Origin: Deltaproteobacteria bacterium
GTDB taxonomy: Bacteria > Myxococcota > Kuafuiibacteriia > Kuafuiibacteriales > Kuafuiibacteriaceae
NCBI GenBank assembly: GCA_040218735.1
Contig: JAVJQW010000011.1
Coordinates: 64,001 to 128,000 of the forward strand
Direction: 5' to 3'
DNA: 64,000 nt
Below are positions 39,338 through 50,592 of the stretch, piece after piece; the stretch's first letter is position 1, and every line of letters starts with the position of its first letter. Below the pieces are notes generated by a model. The model did no database searches, was not told the origin of the DNA, and was given only the letters and a program-made list of their open reading frames with translations. The translations under genes and the position numbers were made by a program.

Positions 39338-39374
39338 GCCCGTACGGATGCCACGAACGTAAGCCGATGCGAAA

Positions 39375-42300
39375 TCAGCGCTTCACCCGCGCGGAGGTGA
39401 CACGGCCGATCCACGCCTCCAGCTCGTCGGGCTGGGGCGGGCGCTGCAGGCCCCACAGACGGACGCGAGTGTCGGCGCTGCCCGAGACGATGCGGGCGCC
39501 GTCGGAGGAGATCGTGACGTCGAAAACCGGCGCGCGGTGACCGCGGAGCACCCGGGACTCGCCGGTCTCGACGTCCCAGATGCGCACGGTGTGGTCGCCG
39601 CTCCCGGTCACGAGCGCGCGCGATGCCGGGTCGAACTCCAGGTCCCAGACGATCGATCGGTGACCGACCATCGCGTCGCAGAAGTCGTAGGCGCGACGGC
39701 ACAGATACAGCGACTCGTTGAACGTCGAGACCGCGAGGAAGCGACCGTCCGGCGAGTAACGAACGAGGCGCGCGCCGTCGAGCCCTTCGTGTTTGCGAAC
39801 GATCGTCCCCGACGCCGGGTCGATCACGTAGACGACCCCCGTCGAGCTCGCCGCCGCGACGCGGCGACCGTTGGGTGCGAACGACACGCCCCAAGCTTCA
39901 CCGGCGTCGAGGCGGACGGTCTGCTCCGGCTCACCCGACGCCGACCACAGGCGCAGCGTCCCGTCGCGGCTCGACGAAGCGATGCGGCCCGACACCGGAT
40001 CGAACGCGACGAAGGTCACCGCATCCTCGTGGCCCTCCAGCGCGCGACCCTCGTGCGTCGCGAGGTCCCACAGCCAGATGACGTGATCCTCACCCGCCGT
40101 CGCGAGCCGCTTGCCGTCGGGGGAGAACGCCAGCTCCTCGACGTCCTGCCCGTGCCCGCGGAGCACGATGGGCTCGCCACCTTCGCTCGGCCACAGGCGC
40201 GCCGTGCGGTCGTCACTCGTGCTCGCGACGTAGGCGTCGTCCGGGGAGAACAACACGCGGAAGATGTGGTCCTCGTGGCCCGCGAAGGTCCGGTGGGAGC
40301 CGTCGACGAGATCCCAGATGCGCACCTCGTTGTCATGCCCACCGGAGGCGACACGGGTGCCGTCCGACGAGAAGTCGACGCCGTGCACGCCGATCTTGTG
40401 CCCGATGAGGACGCGCCGGTAGCCCGGGTCCACCTGCCAGTAACGCACCGTTTGATCCCACGCGCCCGAGGCCACCGCGCGTCCGTCGTTCGACACGGCG
40501 ACGGACGAGACCACGTCGCCGTGACCGAGCAGAACCAGCGCCTCGTTGGCCTCGAGATCCCAGACCCGCACGGTGCGATCCCAACCCGCACTCACGACGC
40601 GCTTCGCGTCGGGCGTGAACGCCACCATCGACACACGCTCCGAGTGGCCGTGGAGCGTGCGGACCTTCCCCGTGCGGACGTCGATCAGGCGGACGGTGTG
40701 GTCGAGCCCCGCCGAGGCCACCGTCAACCCGTCTTGCGAGAACGTGACGTGGTTGGAGACGTCGTCGTGGGCCTGCACGATGCGATGGGTGTCGTCGTCG
40801 AGGTTGACGATCAGCACCGAGCCGTCCGCGGCCGCCGCCGCGAGGCGTCGACCGTCGAAGGAGATCGCGACGTGGCGTACCGGCGCCGCCTGCTCGGCAA
40901 ACCTCCGCGACTCGCCGGTGGCGACCTCGAAGACGAACACCGCGTTGCCGTGACCGCCGGTGACGACGTAACGACCGTCGCGCGTGAAGGCGACCGTCAC
41001 CTCCCGATTCACGGTCGGGAGGCGGTGCACGACGGGTTTGTCACCGCCCGGCGACGACAGGCGCAGCGTGCGGTCCTCGCCGACCGAGGCGACCATCTTG
41101 CCATCGGTGGAGATCGCGACGGCCTTCACCGCGGCCTCGTGGCGAACCAACACGCGCGACCCGCGCGAAGCGAGATCCCAAAGACGCACGTCGAGGTCGT
41201 AGCTCCCGCTCACCAACGACGTGCCGGAGGACGCAAACGCGATCGAGGACACGCGGTCCTTGTGCCCGGAGAGCACCTGCGCGCGGCCCGACTCGACGTT
41301 CCACAGGCGAATGGTCTTGTCGGTGCTCGCGGACGCGATCGTCTGTCCGTCGGGGGAGAACGCCACCGCGTTGACCACGTCGTCGTGCCCGGTCAGCACG
41401 TGGCGCGCGACGCCCCGGGACTCGGCTTCGGCCGCGACGGAGGCGGCGCCCGGGAGGGTCTCGTCCAGCTCCATCAGCCAGGCGAGCGCCCGCGTCGGAT
41501 CCGTGTCGAGGAGGGAGCGCGCCTTCTCCAGCGTCAACGCGTCCACCCGCTTCGAGGCGAGCTCCGCGTTGTGCTCCGCGACGTTGCGCTCGTGAGTGAT
41601 GCGCGCGAAGGACCACGCCGCGAAGCCGAGCAGCACCACCGCCGCGAGCGTCGCGACGAAGAAGGCCGCGCGCTGCCGCCGGGCGTAGTGCCCGAGGATC
41701 TGCATCGGGGAGTAGTCGTAGAACCGGACGAGCTGCCCCGCCGTGAAACGCCGCAGCTCGGCCGCCAGCTCTGTCGCCGACTCGAAGCGCTGCAGCGGAT
41801 CGCGCGCCATCGCCTTCGAGACGATCGCCGACAGCGCGGGCGGAACGTCGGGCGCGTACACGTCGAGCGAGATCGGCGGACGCGAAGCGACGGCCTGGAG
41901 GATCTCCGTCGTCGGCACCTCCTGGTACGGGCGGCGCCCCGTGAGAACCTGGTACAACATCGCGCCCAGCGCGTAGACATCGCTCCGCTGGTCGAGCGGC
42001 TTCGCGAGCGCCTGCTCGGGCGGCATGTACGGCGGCGTCCCGACCACGATGCCGTCGGAGGTGTAGAACGCGTCCGGGGTGCTCTCGGGATCGAACGTGA
42101 GTTTGTCGTCCTCGCTCCCGATCTCCTTGGCGAGCCCCCAGTCGAGCAGCACCGTCTCGCCGAACGGCCCGACCATCACGTTCGCTGGCTTGATGTCGCG
42201 GTGCAGGATGCCTTGCGAGTGGGCGTAGGCGACGGCGTCGCAGACGTCGATCACCGCGGGCAACAGCGCCAGCCGCTGGTCCACCGTCTCGGCCTCGTCG

Positions 42301-42716
42301 AGCTTGGTCGACAGGGTGTCGCCCTCCACCAACGTCATGGCGTAGAAGCGCTCGCCGTTCGGCCAGCGCCCCGCCTCGTGGACCGTCACGATGTTCGGGT
42401 GTTCGAGCCGCGCGGTGATGAGCGCCTCGCGGATGAAGCGACCTTCGGCGCGTTTGTCGCGCGGGATCAGCTCTTTGAGCGCGACGCGACGGTTGAGCCG
42501 GGTGTCGTAGGCCTCGACGATGCGTCCGAGGCCGCCGCGCGCGATCTCCTTGCCGAGGATGTACAGCGCGGTGTCGATCTCGACGAAGTCGATCGGCGCC
42601 GACGGCTGCCGACGCGCGCCGGGGAGCGTGTCCTCGACTTCGGTGTCGACGTCCACGCCCTCGAGGGAATGGGTGCGCGCCGGCCGCTCCGGCTTCGTGC
42701 CCCCGCTCCGGCTCAC
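39375..42716 (-). CDS. Ser/Thr protein kinase with WD40 repeats
   Basis: [31 protein letters not shown]; TM; about 14 GH...FSPDG...D.TVR.W repeats. Confidence 0.93.
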   Translation of the reverse strand: MSRSGGTKPERPARTHSLEGVDVDTEVEDTLPGARRQPSAPIDFVEIDTALYILGKEIARGGLGRIVEAYDTRLNRRVALKELIPRDKRAEGRFIREALITARLEHPNIVTVHEAGRWPNGERFYAMTLVEGDTLSTKLDEAETVDQRLALLPAVIDVCDAVAYAHSQGILHRDIKPANVMVGPFGETVLLDWGLAKEIGSEDDKLTFDPESTPDAFYTSDGIVVGTPPYMPPEQALAKPLDQRSDVYALGAMLYQVLTGRRPYQEVPTTEILQAVASRPPISLDVYAPDVPPALSAIVSKAMARDPLQRFESATELAAELRRFTAGQLVRFYDYSPMQILGHYARRQRAAFFVATLAAVVLLGFAAWSFARITHERNVAEHNAELASKRVDALTLEKARSLLDTDPTRALAWLMELDETLPGAASVAAEAESRGVARHVLTGHDDVVNAVAFSPDGQTIASASTDKTIRLWNVESGRAQVLSGHKDRVSSIAFASSGTSLVSGSYDLDVRLWDLASRGSRVLVRHEAAVKAVAISTDGKMVASVGEDRTLRLSSPGGDKPVVHRLPTVNREVTVAFTRDGRYVVTGGHGNAVFVFEVATGESRRFAEQAAPVRHVAISFDGRRLAAAAADGSVLIVNLDDDTHRIVQAHDDVSNHVTFSQDGLTVASAGLDHTVRLIDVRTGKVRTLHGHSERVSMVAFTPDAKRVVSAGWDRTVRVWDLEANEALVLLGHGDVVSSVAVSNDGRAVASGAWDQTVRYWQVDPGYRRVLIGHKIGVHGVDFSSDGTRVASGGHDNEVRIWDLVDGSHRTFAGHEDHIFRVLFSPDDAYVASTSDDRTARLWPSEGGEPIVLRGHGQDVEELAFSPDGKRLATAGEDHVIWLWDLATHEGRALEGHEDAVTFVAFDPVSGRIASSSRDGTLRLWSASGEPEQTVRLDAGEAWGVSFAPNGRRVAAASSTGVVYVIDPASGTIVRKHEGLDGARLVRYSPDGRFLAVSTFNESLYLCRRAYDFCDAMVGHRSIVWDLEFDPASRALVTGSGDHTVRIWDVETGESRVLRGHRAPVFDVTISSDGARIVSGSADTRVRLWGLQRPPQPDELEAWIGRVTSARVKR

Positions 42717-42753
42717 GCCCCTGGATTACACACGCGCCGCCGCTCGTACAAGC

Positions 42754-43803
42754 TCACGTCACGCGGGCCATCACGGTCGTCCCCTCCGTCACCCCCTTCG
42801 ACGCCACGACCTCGAACCCGAAGTGCCCGTAGAACCGCTGCTGGTCCCGGGTCCCGAGCCACACCTTCTTCACGTCGCGGACCGCGGGGTGGTCGAGCAC
42901 GAGCCCCAGGACCGTCCGACCGACCCCCGTGCGTCGCCAGTCCGGGTCGACCGCGACGTCGTAGATCCACGCGTGTTTCGCGCCGTCCGTGACGGCGCGC
43001 GCCGTACCGATCAGTCGCCCCGCCGTGTCCCGTGCGCCGACCCAGACCGGGGAGCCGAGGTGAGATCGATCGATCTGCTCGGGGGTCACGCCGACGTTCC
43101 AGTAGGTGTCGAGGAGCAGCGCGCGGGCGCGCGAAAGATCACTCGGGCGCCCGCGGAGGAACAGCGACACCCCGTCGGGCGCGGCGAGGAACGCGGGGCA
43201 CGGCGCCTCGGGGTTCGCAGCGAGGATGCGTTCGATCGCCTCGAGATCCCGCGGCGCACCGCGACGCCAGAGCCCCTCGACGATCGCCCGCAGCTCGTGC
43301 GGCTTCTTGTGCTGCCCGAGCTTCACCTTCGCCACCGCGTCCGCGAGCGAGATGCGCCACAGCGCGAGGTTCTTCACCGCGTTCCTGTAGAGCGGATCGT
43401 CCGGCGTGATCGGGCGGTACCCCCCCTCCGGCTGATAACGCTCCATCAGCGCCTGGAGCGCCCTGGCCTTCTCGTCGTGGTCCTCGATCACCTCGATCGG
43501 CCCGGCCGCCTGCGCGCTCTCGTAGTACGTCGTCGCAGGGCACGCGCGCTCCGGGTCCACGAAGTGGCTCGGCACGTTCGCGACGATCCGCTCGCAGCTC
43601 ACCACGCCCGGCTGCCCCGCGAGCTCCGTCTTCTCCCCCTTCGGCGCGCCGTGCCACGCGAGCGCGCCGTCGACGACGACGCCGTGCACCGTGCGCAGGA
43701 CGGGCCGCCCGGCGGGGGTGACCGAGGCGAGGTGCACGACCTCGGCGCTTCGAAACAACTCCGCCGCCACCTCGGTGCCGGCGCGAAACAAGGCGCGACG
43801 CAT
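42754..43803 (-). CDS. Pyridoxamine 5'-phosphate oxidase-like (FMN split barrel) domain fused to a GNAT acetyltransferase
   Basis: WHGAPKGEK, TTYYESA, KVKLGQ; C-terminal IGTARAVTDG...IYDVAVDPDWRRTGVG...FYGHFGF. Confidence 0.8.
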   Translation of the reverse strand: MRRALFRAGTEVAAELFRSAEVVHLASVTPAGRPVLRTVHGVVVDGALAWHGAPKGEKTELAGQPGVVSCERIVANVPSHFVDPERACPATTYYESAQAAGPIEVIEDHDEKARALQALMERYQPEGGYRPITPDDPLYRNAVKNLALWRISLADAVAKVKLGQHKKPHELRAIVEGLWRRGAPRDLEAIERILAANPEAPCPAFLAAPDGVSLFLRGRPSDLSRARALLLDTYWNVGVTPEQIDRSHLGSPVWVGARDTAGRLIGTARAVTDGAKHAWIYDVAVDPDWRRTGVGRTVLGLVLDHPAVRDVKKVWLGTRDQQRFYGHFGFEVVASKGVTEGTTVMARVT

Positions 43804-43820
43804 GGGTGATTCATCGCCGA

Positions 43821-43875
43821 TCCAGTGGACTACTCAGAAGGTCCAGATTGGATAAATCGACTAGTCCAGATGTGG
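43821..43875. promoter_or_regulatory. Putative MocR-family operator in the divergent promoter
   Basis: GTCCAGAT direct repeats at 43841 and 43864 plus inverted TGGAC at 43826, in a relatively AT-rich gap. Confidence 0.6.
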
Positions 43876-43897
43876 CCGCTCCTATACCCTCCACGAA

Positions 43898-45340
43898 GTG
43901 AGCGCCTGGACGTTCGGCCTCGACCTCGACGAATCGCTCGACACGCCCGTGTTTCTCCAGATCGCCCGGCAGATCCTGGAGGCCATCCAGGCGCGCCGTC
44001 TGAAACCCGAGGAGCGCCTCCCCGGCACGCGAACCCTCGCCGAGACGCTCGGCGTCCACCGCAACACCGTCGTCGCCGCGTACGACGAGCTGGTCGCCGA
44101 GGGCTGGGTGGAGTCTTCACCCGCCAAGGGCACGTTCGTCGCGCGCGACCTCCCGCTCCACCGCGCTCGCCCCCCCGCCGAGCACCTCGCGCGCCGACCC
44201 GGCTTCGACCTCGGCCCCGCGCCCGCCTACCGCACCACCTACGAGCCGCCGAAGGATCGCGACGTCATCACCCTCGCGGGCGGCGCGCCGGATCTCGACC
44301 GCGTCCCCAAGGCCGCCCTCGCGCGCGCGTACCGGCGCGCGCTCCTCGGCCGCGCGCCGCTCCTCGACTACGGCGACCCGCGCGGCGACCCCGCGCTCCG
44401 CGAGCAGCTCGCGGCGATGCTCGCGCAGGAGCGTGGCGTCGTCGCGACGCCGGACGAGGTGCTCGTCGTACGCGGCTCGCAGATGGGCCTGCGCCTCGTC
44501 GCGGAGGCGTTCGTCGGCCCGAAGGACCGCGTGGCGGTGGAGGCGATCGGCTATCCGCCCGCGTGGGTCGCGCTCGGCCGCGGTCGACTCCACCCCGTGC
44601 CAGTCGACGCCGACGGCCTCGACGTCGACGCCCTCGCCCGCCTCGCTGCGAAGCGCCCCCTGCGCGCGGTCTACGTGACCCCGCACCACCAGTACCCGAC
44701 GCTCGTGGTGCTCTCCGCGGCCCGCCGCCTCGCGCTCCTCGACCTCGCGCGCCGGCACCGCTTCGTCATCATCGAGGACGACTACGACAACGAGGTCCAC
44801 TACCGCGGCCGCCCCGTCCTCCCCCTCGCGAGCGCGGACCGGTACGGCGTGGTCGTCTACGTCGGGACCCTCTCCAAGGTCCTCGCCCCGGGGCTCCGGC
44901 TCGGCTACGTCGTCGCCCCCGAACCCGTGATCCAGCGCCTCGCGGAGCACCGGCGCTTCCTGGACCGGCAGGGCGATCGCGTCGTCGAGCGGGCCGTCGC
45001 GGAGCTGATGGAGGACGGGGAGGTCCAGCGCCACGCGCGCCGAATGCGACGGCTGTACGGGCAACGCCGGGAGGCGGCCCTCGAGCAGCTCGACCGTCAC
45101 CTCGGCGATGTCCTGCGGGTCGAGTCCCACGACGGCGGGATGGCGCTGTGGGCTCACGCGCCGGGTGTGGACGTGGACAAATGGGCCAGATCCGCCGAGG
45201 CAAACGGCGTGTGGTTCGCGACGGCGCGCCGGTTCACCTTCGACGGGCGCCCGCGGCCCTATCTGAGGCTGGGATTCGCATCCTTGGACGAGCGCGCCTT
45301 CGCGCGGGCCGTCCGACGAATGACCGAAGCACTTCCCTGA
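43898..45340 (+). CDS. MocR/GabR-family PLP-dependent transcriptional regulator
   Basis: GntR wHTH (RLPGTRTLAETLGVHRNTVVAAYDELVAEG); YVTPHHQYP, IIEDDYD, GTLSKVLAPGLRLGY. Confidence 0.92.
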   Translation: MSAWTFGLDLDESLDTPVFLQIARQILEAIQARRLKPEERLPGTRTLAETLGVHRNTVVAAYDELVAEGWVESSPAKGTFVARDLPLHRARPPAEHLARRPGFDLGPAPAYRTTYEPPKDRDVITLAGGAPDLDRVPKAALARAYRRALLGRAPLLDYGDPRGDPALREQLAAMLAQERGVVATPDEVLVVRGSQMGLRLVAEAFVGPKDRVAVEAIGYPPAWVALGRGRLHPVPVDADGLDVDALARLAAKRPLRAVYVTPHHQYPTLVVLSAARRLALLDLARRHRFVIIEDDYDNEVHYRGRPVLPLASADRYGVVVYVGTLSKVLAPGLRLGYVVAPEPVIQRLAEHRRFLDRQGDRVVERAVAELMEDGEVQRHARRMRRLYGQRREAALEQLDRHLGDVLRVESHDGGMALWAHAPGVDVDKWARSAEANGVWFATARRFTFDGRPRPYLRLGFASLDERAFARAVRRMTEALP

Positions 45341-45384
45341 ATCGCGCGGGCGACCGATGGCCGGATCGTGCCCTCCTCCTGACA

Positions 45385-47766
45385 ATGCCCGACGTGACGC
45401 ACGCCCGGCTCGTCCGAACGCTGGCCCTCGCCGGCCTCCTCCTCTCTTGTTACGCGTGCACCAGCGGCTCGACCGACGGCACTTGCGCCGTCAGCCTCGA
45501 CTGCGGCGAAGGCGGCGTCTGCGTCGCCGGTCAGTGCATCGTCGCGAACACCCCCGAGTGCACGACGAACGAAGAGTGCGCGCTCGGCGAAGTGTGCCTC
45601 CCGGACACGAACACCTGCGGCGAGCCGCCGCTCGTGAGCTGCGCGACCGACACCGAGTGCCCCGACCATCAGCGCTGCAACCAGGCGACCGGCGTCTGCG
45701 TCGACGGCGTGCGTCCCTGCACCGGCGCGGACCCGAACGAGTGCCCCGGCCGCTACTGCGACACGGGCCGTCAGGTCTGCGTGGACTGCCTCGCGCCCGA
45801 GCACTGCAGCTCGCCGGAGATCTGCGTCGAGAACAGCTGCATCGATCCGATGAACCCGGGCCCCGGCCCGATGAACGAGTGCGTCGACGACGCGAGCTGC
45901 AACCCGCCGATGACGATCTGCGAGGGCAACATGTGCGTGCTCGGCTGCGGCAACCCCGGCGGTGTGCAGTGCATGAACGGCGACATCTGCGACACGAACA
46001 CCGGTCGCTGTGTGTCGCTGCAGGGCCCCTGCACGATGGACTCCGAGTGTTCGCCGCCGATGACGGTGTGTGAGACGGGCCAATGCATCCCGGGTTGTCA
46101 CCGCGTCGGTGGGCTTCAGTGCCCGGGCGGCGAAGTTTGCAACCCCAGCACCGGGCGGTGCCGTGGGGGCGGACCGATCTGCACGTCGGACCTCGACTGC
46201 AACGCGCCGATGACGGTGTGCAACCTCTTCTCCGGCGCGTGTGAGCCGGGCTGCGGCACGGCGGGGTGCACGGCGCCCGAGATGTGCAACACCGCGACGG
46301 GGCACTGCGAGGGCGGCCAGGCGTGCAGCCCCGACCGCTACGAGCCGAACGATACGCGCGCCGCTGCGGCGATGATCAACGGCGGTCTGCAGAGCGGGCT
46401 CACGTTGTGCCCCGGCGACGAGGACTTCTTCCAGGTCGCGCTCGGCACGAACGACTCCGTCGACATCACGGTCGACTTCGTCCACGGCGAGGGCAACATC
46501 GACATCCAGCTCCTCGATCCGAACGGCACCGTCGTGCAGAGCTCTGCGACGCAGACCGGCCAGGAGACGATCTCGCTGATGGCGACGACGGCCGGCGTCT
46601 ACACGGTGCGTGTCTACCTGACGCAAGACCTCGGGCCGAACCCAGGAAACTCGTACACGATGAACATCTCGGCGAACGTCGCCGCGTGCCCGCAGGACCA
46701 GTTCGAGGACAACGACGAGGACTTCGGCGCGCCGCTCATCTTCCCCGGGAGCCACACGCTCAACGTGTGCGTGGGCGACGAGGACTACTTCGACGTCATC
46801 CTCACGGAGGGTGAGACGCTCGAGGTGGAGGCCGTCTTCTCACACGCGGAGGGGGACATCGACATCCAGATCCTCGGGCTGCTCGGCATCCCGCTCGCGT
46901 CGAGCGCGTCGTCGACGGACAACGAGCAGGTCTCGTACACGGCGAACAACGTCGGCTTCTTCACCATCCGCGTCGCGCTGTTCTCCGACACTGGTACGAT
47001 GCCCGGGAACCCGTACCAGCTGAACATCAACGTGACGTCCGCGCCGCCGATGATGTGCACGGCGGACGCGCAGGAACCGAACGACACCGCGGCGGCCGCG
47101 TCGTCGCTCGGCATCGGCAACCACGCGAACCTGCACTCGTGCACGGACGACGACTTCTACGCGTTCTCGTTCTCGCAGGGTGACGACGTGTCGGTCGCGG
47201 TGAGCTTCTCGGACGCCGAGGGGGACATCGACATCGAGCTGCTGAACCCGTCCGGCACCGTGGTGGCGAGCGGGACGACGAACACCGACGACGAAAACAT
47301 CAGCTACACCGTCGCGACCGCGGGCACGCATCGCTTGCGGGTGTTCTTGTACGGCGACGCGGGGTCGGTCGTCGGCAACCCGTACACGTTGAACGTGGGC
47401 GTGGCGGGCGCGGCGACGTGCTCGGCCGACACCTACGAGCCGAACAACACCCAGGCGCTCGGGGCGTCGTTGACGTCCGGGACGTACGCCAACCTCACGT
47501 CCTGCGTGATGGACGACGACTTCTACACGGTGCCGATCACCAACGGGGCGCCGTTCGTCGCCAACCTCACGTTCGTGGACGCGGAGGGCGACATCGACGT
47601 GGAGCTGCTCGATCCGAGCGGTACGATCGCCGCCAGCTCGGCGTCCGCGACCGACAACGAGCAGATCAACTACACGCCCACCGTGAGCGGGAACTTCTCG
47701 CTGCGCGTGTACCTGTACGGGGACGCAGGCTCCGTGCCGGGGAACACGTACACCCTCACGTTCTAG
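45385..47766 (+). CDS. Exported Cys-rich repeat protein with four PPC (pre-peptidase C-terminal-like) domains
   Basis: Signal/lipobox; many CxxDxxC repeats; 4x D..E.N...D.D(F/Y)...EGDID..L...GNxY. Confidence 0.8.
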   Translation: MPDVTHARLVRTLALAGLLLSCYACTSGSTDGTCAVSLDCGEGGVCVAGQCIVANTPECTTNEECALGEVCLPDTNTCGEPPLVSCATDTECPDHQRCNQATGVCVDGVRPCTGADPNECPGRYCDTGRQVCVDCLAPEHCSSPEICVENSCIDPMNPGPGPMNECVDDASCNPPMTICEGNMCVLGCGNPGGVQCMNGDICDTNTGRCVSLQGPCTMDSECSPPMTVCETGQCIPGCHRVGGLQCPGGEVCNPSTGRCRGGGPICTSDLDCNAPMTVCNLFSGACEPGCGTAGCTAPEMCNTATGHCEGGQACSPDRYEPNDTRAAAAMINGGLQSGLTLCPGDEDFFQVALGTNDSVDITVDFVHGEGNIDIQLLDPNGTVVQSSATQTGQETISLMATTAGVYTVRVYLTQDLGPNPGNSYTMNISANVAACPQDQFEDNDEDFGAPLIFPGSHTLNVCVGDEDYFDVILTEGETLEVEAVFSHAEGDIDIQILGLLGIPLASSASSTDNEQVSYTANNVGFFTIRVALFSDTGTMPGNPYQLNINVTSAPPMMCTADAQEPNDTAAAASSLGIGNHANLHSCTDDDFYAFSFSQGDDVSVAVSFSDAEGDIDIELLNPSGTVVASGTTNTDDENISYTVATAGTHRLRVFLYGDAGSVVGNPYTLNVGVAGAATCSADTYEPNNTQALGASLTSGTYANLTSCVMDDDFYTVPITNGAPFVANLTFVDAEGDIDVELLDPSGTIAASSASATDNEQINYTPTVSGNFSLRVYLYGDAGSVPGNTYTLTF

Positions 47767-47920
47767 GCCATAACGCCGCTCCGCTTCGCGGACCGCCTTG
47801 GCCAGTCTTCGGACCGGCCGAATTCGCGGCCGGCCTCAGCCTAGAGGGCGTGAGCGGCTCGGACCCGCGCTCGACTTTCGGTACGATTCCCGCCGGTTCG
47901 CCTCGGGCGGCTCGGCACTC

Positions 47921-50554
47921 ATGACCTCGACCGTGATCGGCAACGGGCGCTACGCGATCCTCGACGAGATCGCGCGCGGCGCTTTCAAGACGGTGTGGCG
48001 CGCGAAAGATCTCGCGCTGTGCACCGACGTCGCCCTCGCGGTGCTCCACCCGCAGGACGACGAGGCGGAGTCTCGTACCGCATTCTGGCGCGAGACCCGT
48101 GCCATCGCGATGCTCAAGCAGGACCTGCCGGAGCACGTGCGGCCCTTTGGCTCGCGCGTGGTGACGATGACGGACTTCGGGGAGCTGGAGGACAAGCTCC
48201 CCTACCGCGGGTTGTACATCGCGACGGAGATGGTCGCGGGCCGAACGCTGCGCGAGCTGCGCGACGAGATGCCGATGGACTGGCGGCGCGCGTGCCGACT
48301 GTGCGCGGGGGTGTTGGAGGCGCTCGAGCTGAGCCACACGCCGACGCCGCACCGCGGGCCGATCATCCACCGCGACATCAAACCGGCCAATGTGATCGTC
48401 GGCGAGGACGACGCGATCACGGTGATCGACTTCGGCGTCGCGAAGGTCACGGAGTCGACGGCGACGGCTTTGAGTCAGGTCGTCGGGACACCGCAGTACA
48501 TGGCGCCGGAGCAGCTCGATCCTGGGCGGCCGATCACGCCGAGCGTCGACCTGTTCGCGACGGGCGTGATGCTGCACGAGATGCTGACCGGACGGGTGCC
48601 GTGGTCGCGCTCGAACCTCGCGGAGGTCTTTGCGTTCTACCGCGCGACGCAGGAGGGGCAGGTGCCGGCGCTGCGGCTCTTGGACGGGCTCGACCTCCCC
48701 GCCGCGGTCGACATGGTCCTGCGCTCCTCACTCGCCGCGGACGCCGTCGCGCGCCCGGAGAGCGCGCTTGCGATGCGCGACGTGCTGCTCGGCGCCGCGG
48801 GGCGTCCGGACGAGGACGCGGTCCCGCTGCTGGAGCTGCCGTCACTCGATGAGCTGTCGGAGCGGACGCTGTTGGATCGCCCCACCGACGACACCGACCG
48901 CGAGCCGCTGGGGCCGGAGGCGTTGGCGGCACACTTCGGCATCACGGCGGAGACGGCGCCGGCCGACGACGTGGACATCGACGTCACCGACGAGACGACA
49001 CCGTACGCAAACTTCCCGGTCACGGCGGAGGTCTCACCGATCGAGGAGCTCCCGGTCACCGCGGAGGTGCCCCCGATCGAGGAGCTCCCGACGGCCGAGA
49101 TGCCGGCCGTCGTAGAGCGCGCGCCCCCACCGGCCGTCGCCGAGGTCGGCGCGGGCGTCGCCGATACGATCCGGCCCGCGCCGACGCACCGACGCACCCC
49201 GGTGCCGCAGCTGTCCGCCGCGCCGGTCGAGGGTGTGCGCGGGGAGAAGAGGAAGACGAAGGCGAAGAAAGACTCGGGCGAGGTGACGATCTCGGGCGTG
49301 TGGATCGCCGCGGCCGTCGCGGCGTTTGCGTTGCTCGCGTTCGCGGTGACTTGGGTCGTGCGCTTCGGGCCGACGGAGCGGACGGTGGTGACCGTCGCGC
49401 CCAAACCCGGTCCGGGTCCCGGTACCGGTCCGGGTCCCGGGACGTATGCGGTGCGCGCGGGGGCGGACGTTGGGGCGGGCCGTCGAACGGGGTCGGAGTC
49501 GGGATCGGACTCGGAGGCGGGATCGGGATCGGACTCGGGATCGGACTCGGACTCGGGATCGGACTCGGACTCGGGATCGCACTCGGGATCGGACTCGGGA
49601 TCGGACTCGGGATCGGACTCGGGATCGGACTCGGAGTCGGGGTCAGGTTCGGGAGCCGGATCCGGGTCGGGAGCCGGGTCCGCGTCCGGATCCGAGTCCG
49701 GATCCGAGTCCGTGTCCGAGTCCGCGTCCGGATCCGCGTCCGGATCCGCGTCCGGATCCGAGTCCGGATCCGAGTCCGTGTCCGGATCCGAGTCCGTGTC
49801 CGGATCCGAGTCCGAGTCCGGATCCGAGTCCGTGTCCGGATCCGAGTCCGCGTCGAAGTCCGGTTCCCCGTCCAAGCCAGGTTCCCAGACCGGCGCCTCC
49901 GCCGCTTCCGGGACCCGGCCCGGGACCGGTACCGGGACCGGGGTTGTGGTTAAGATACCGGCCGACGACTTCCTCGCCGCCGCCGAGAAGGCGCTCCTCA
50001 CCGACCGCCTCGCCGACGCCGACGAGGCGCTCGCGCGTTGCCTGCAGATCGAGCCGACGCACAAGCGGTGCCGTCAGACCTACGGGATCCTCGCGGCGCG
50101 GGGATACCGGCGCAGAGGTGCCGACGCGAAGGCGAAGCCGATCGACGACGCGGCGCGGGTGATGAAGGCCTGGGACGCGCCGAGCGACGCGCCGACGATC
50201 GCGTCGCCCGCGGGCGACGACGGCGACGTGCTGCCGCCGCCGACGTCGTGGATCAGACTGGAGTCGCCAAAGGAGGACATCGACCTGCTGCAGATCTCCG
50301 CGGAGCGGGAGCTGTCGATCACCGGGTGCATCCGAAGCCACCCCGAGGAGCGGCGCGGACGGCCCGACGCGATGCGCGTGCACCTGCTCGTGCGGCACGA
50401 CGGGTTCCCGGCGCGGGTGCGCGTGGGGCCGTCGAAGTGGTCGGCTTCGCGCGCGGCGATTTGCTTGGAGAACCTGGTGATGAACTGGCGCTTCCCGTCG
50501 ATCGCGGGTGAGGCGCGCCCGGCGTTCTTCGACGTGGTGATGAGCCCGGAGTAG
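47921..50554 (+). CDS. Ser/Thr kinase with TM, Ser/Gly/Asp/Glu-rich linker, TPR-like segment and C-terminal AgmX/PglI (TonB_C-like) domain
   Basis: [20 protein letters not shown]; TM WIAAAVAAFALLAFAVTWV; C-terminal C...CLENLVMNWRFP. Start at ATG 47921. Confidence 0.85.
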   Translation: MTSTVIGNGRYAILDEIARGAFKTVWRAKDLALCTDVALAVLHPQDDEAESRTAFWRETRAIAMLKQDLPEHVRPFGSRVVTMTDFGELEDKLPYRGLYIATEMVAGRTLRELRDEMPMDWRRACRLCAGVLEALELSHTPTPHRGPIIHRDIKPANVIVGEDDAITVIDFGVAKVTESTATALSQVVGTPQYMAPEQLDPGRPITPSVDLFATGVMLHEMLTGRVPWSRSNLAEVFAFYRATQEGQVPALRLLDGLDLPAAVDMVLRSSLAADAVARPESALAMRDVLLGAAGRPDEDAVPLLELPSLDELSERTLLDRPTDDTDREPLGPEALAAHFGITAETAPADDVDIDVTDETTPYANFPVTAEVSPIEELPVTAEVPPIEELPTAEMPAVVERAPPPAVAEVGAGVADTIRPAPTHRRTPVPQLSAAPVEGVRGEKRKTKAKKDSGEVTISGVWIAAAVAAFALLAFAVTWVVRFGPTERTVVTVAPKPGPGPGTGPGPGTYAVRAGADVGAGRRTGSESGSDSEAGSGSDSGSDSDSGSDSDSGSHSGSDSGSDSGSDSGSDSESGSGSGAGSGSGAGSASGSESGSESVSESASGSASGSASGSESGSESVSGSESVSGSESESGSESVSGSESASKSGSPSKPGSQTGASAASGTRPGTGTGTGVVVKIPADDFLAAAEKALLTDRLADADEALARCLQIEPTHKRCRQTYGILAARGYRRRGADAKAKPIDDAARVMKAWDAPSDAPTIASPAGDDGDVLPPPTSWIRLESPKEDIDLLQISAERELSITGCIRSHPEERRGRPDAMRVHLLVRHDGFPARVRVGPSKWSASRAAICLENLVMNWRFPSIAGEARPAFFDVVMSPE
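49490..49855 (+). repeat. Intragenic low-complexity tandem repeats (6/12-nt units) encoding SGSD/SGSE
   Basis: Block 1 units TCGGGATCGGAC; block 2 units TCCGGATCCGAG. Confidence 0.9.
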
Positions 50555-50592
50555 GTTGCCTCCGCGTCCCGAAGATGGTCTCGATCCCCGCG

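Noticed and set aside
32211-42992. Long antisense ORFs (32211..35933 and 39537..42992; likewise 831..3569, 9642..11657, 50080..52248)
   Set aside because: Shadow ORFs expected from high GC3 codon bias opposite well-supported genes; no motifs.
43825-47766. 1313-aa ORF
   Set aside because: The first ~520 codons are an off-frame reading of the MocR gene; the real gene starts at 45385.
49490-49855. Repeat array as CRISPR or a mobile element
   Set aside because: Contiguous 6/12-nt in-frame units without unique spacers; no cas or transposase genes.
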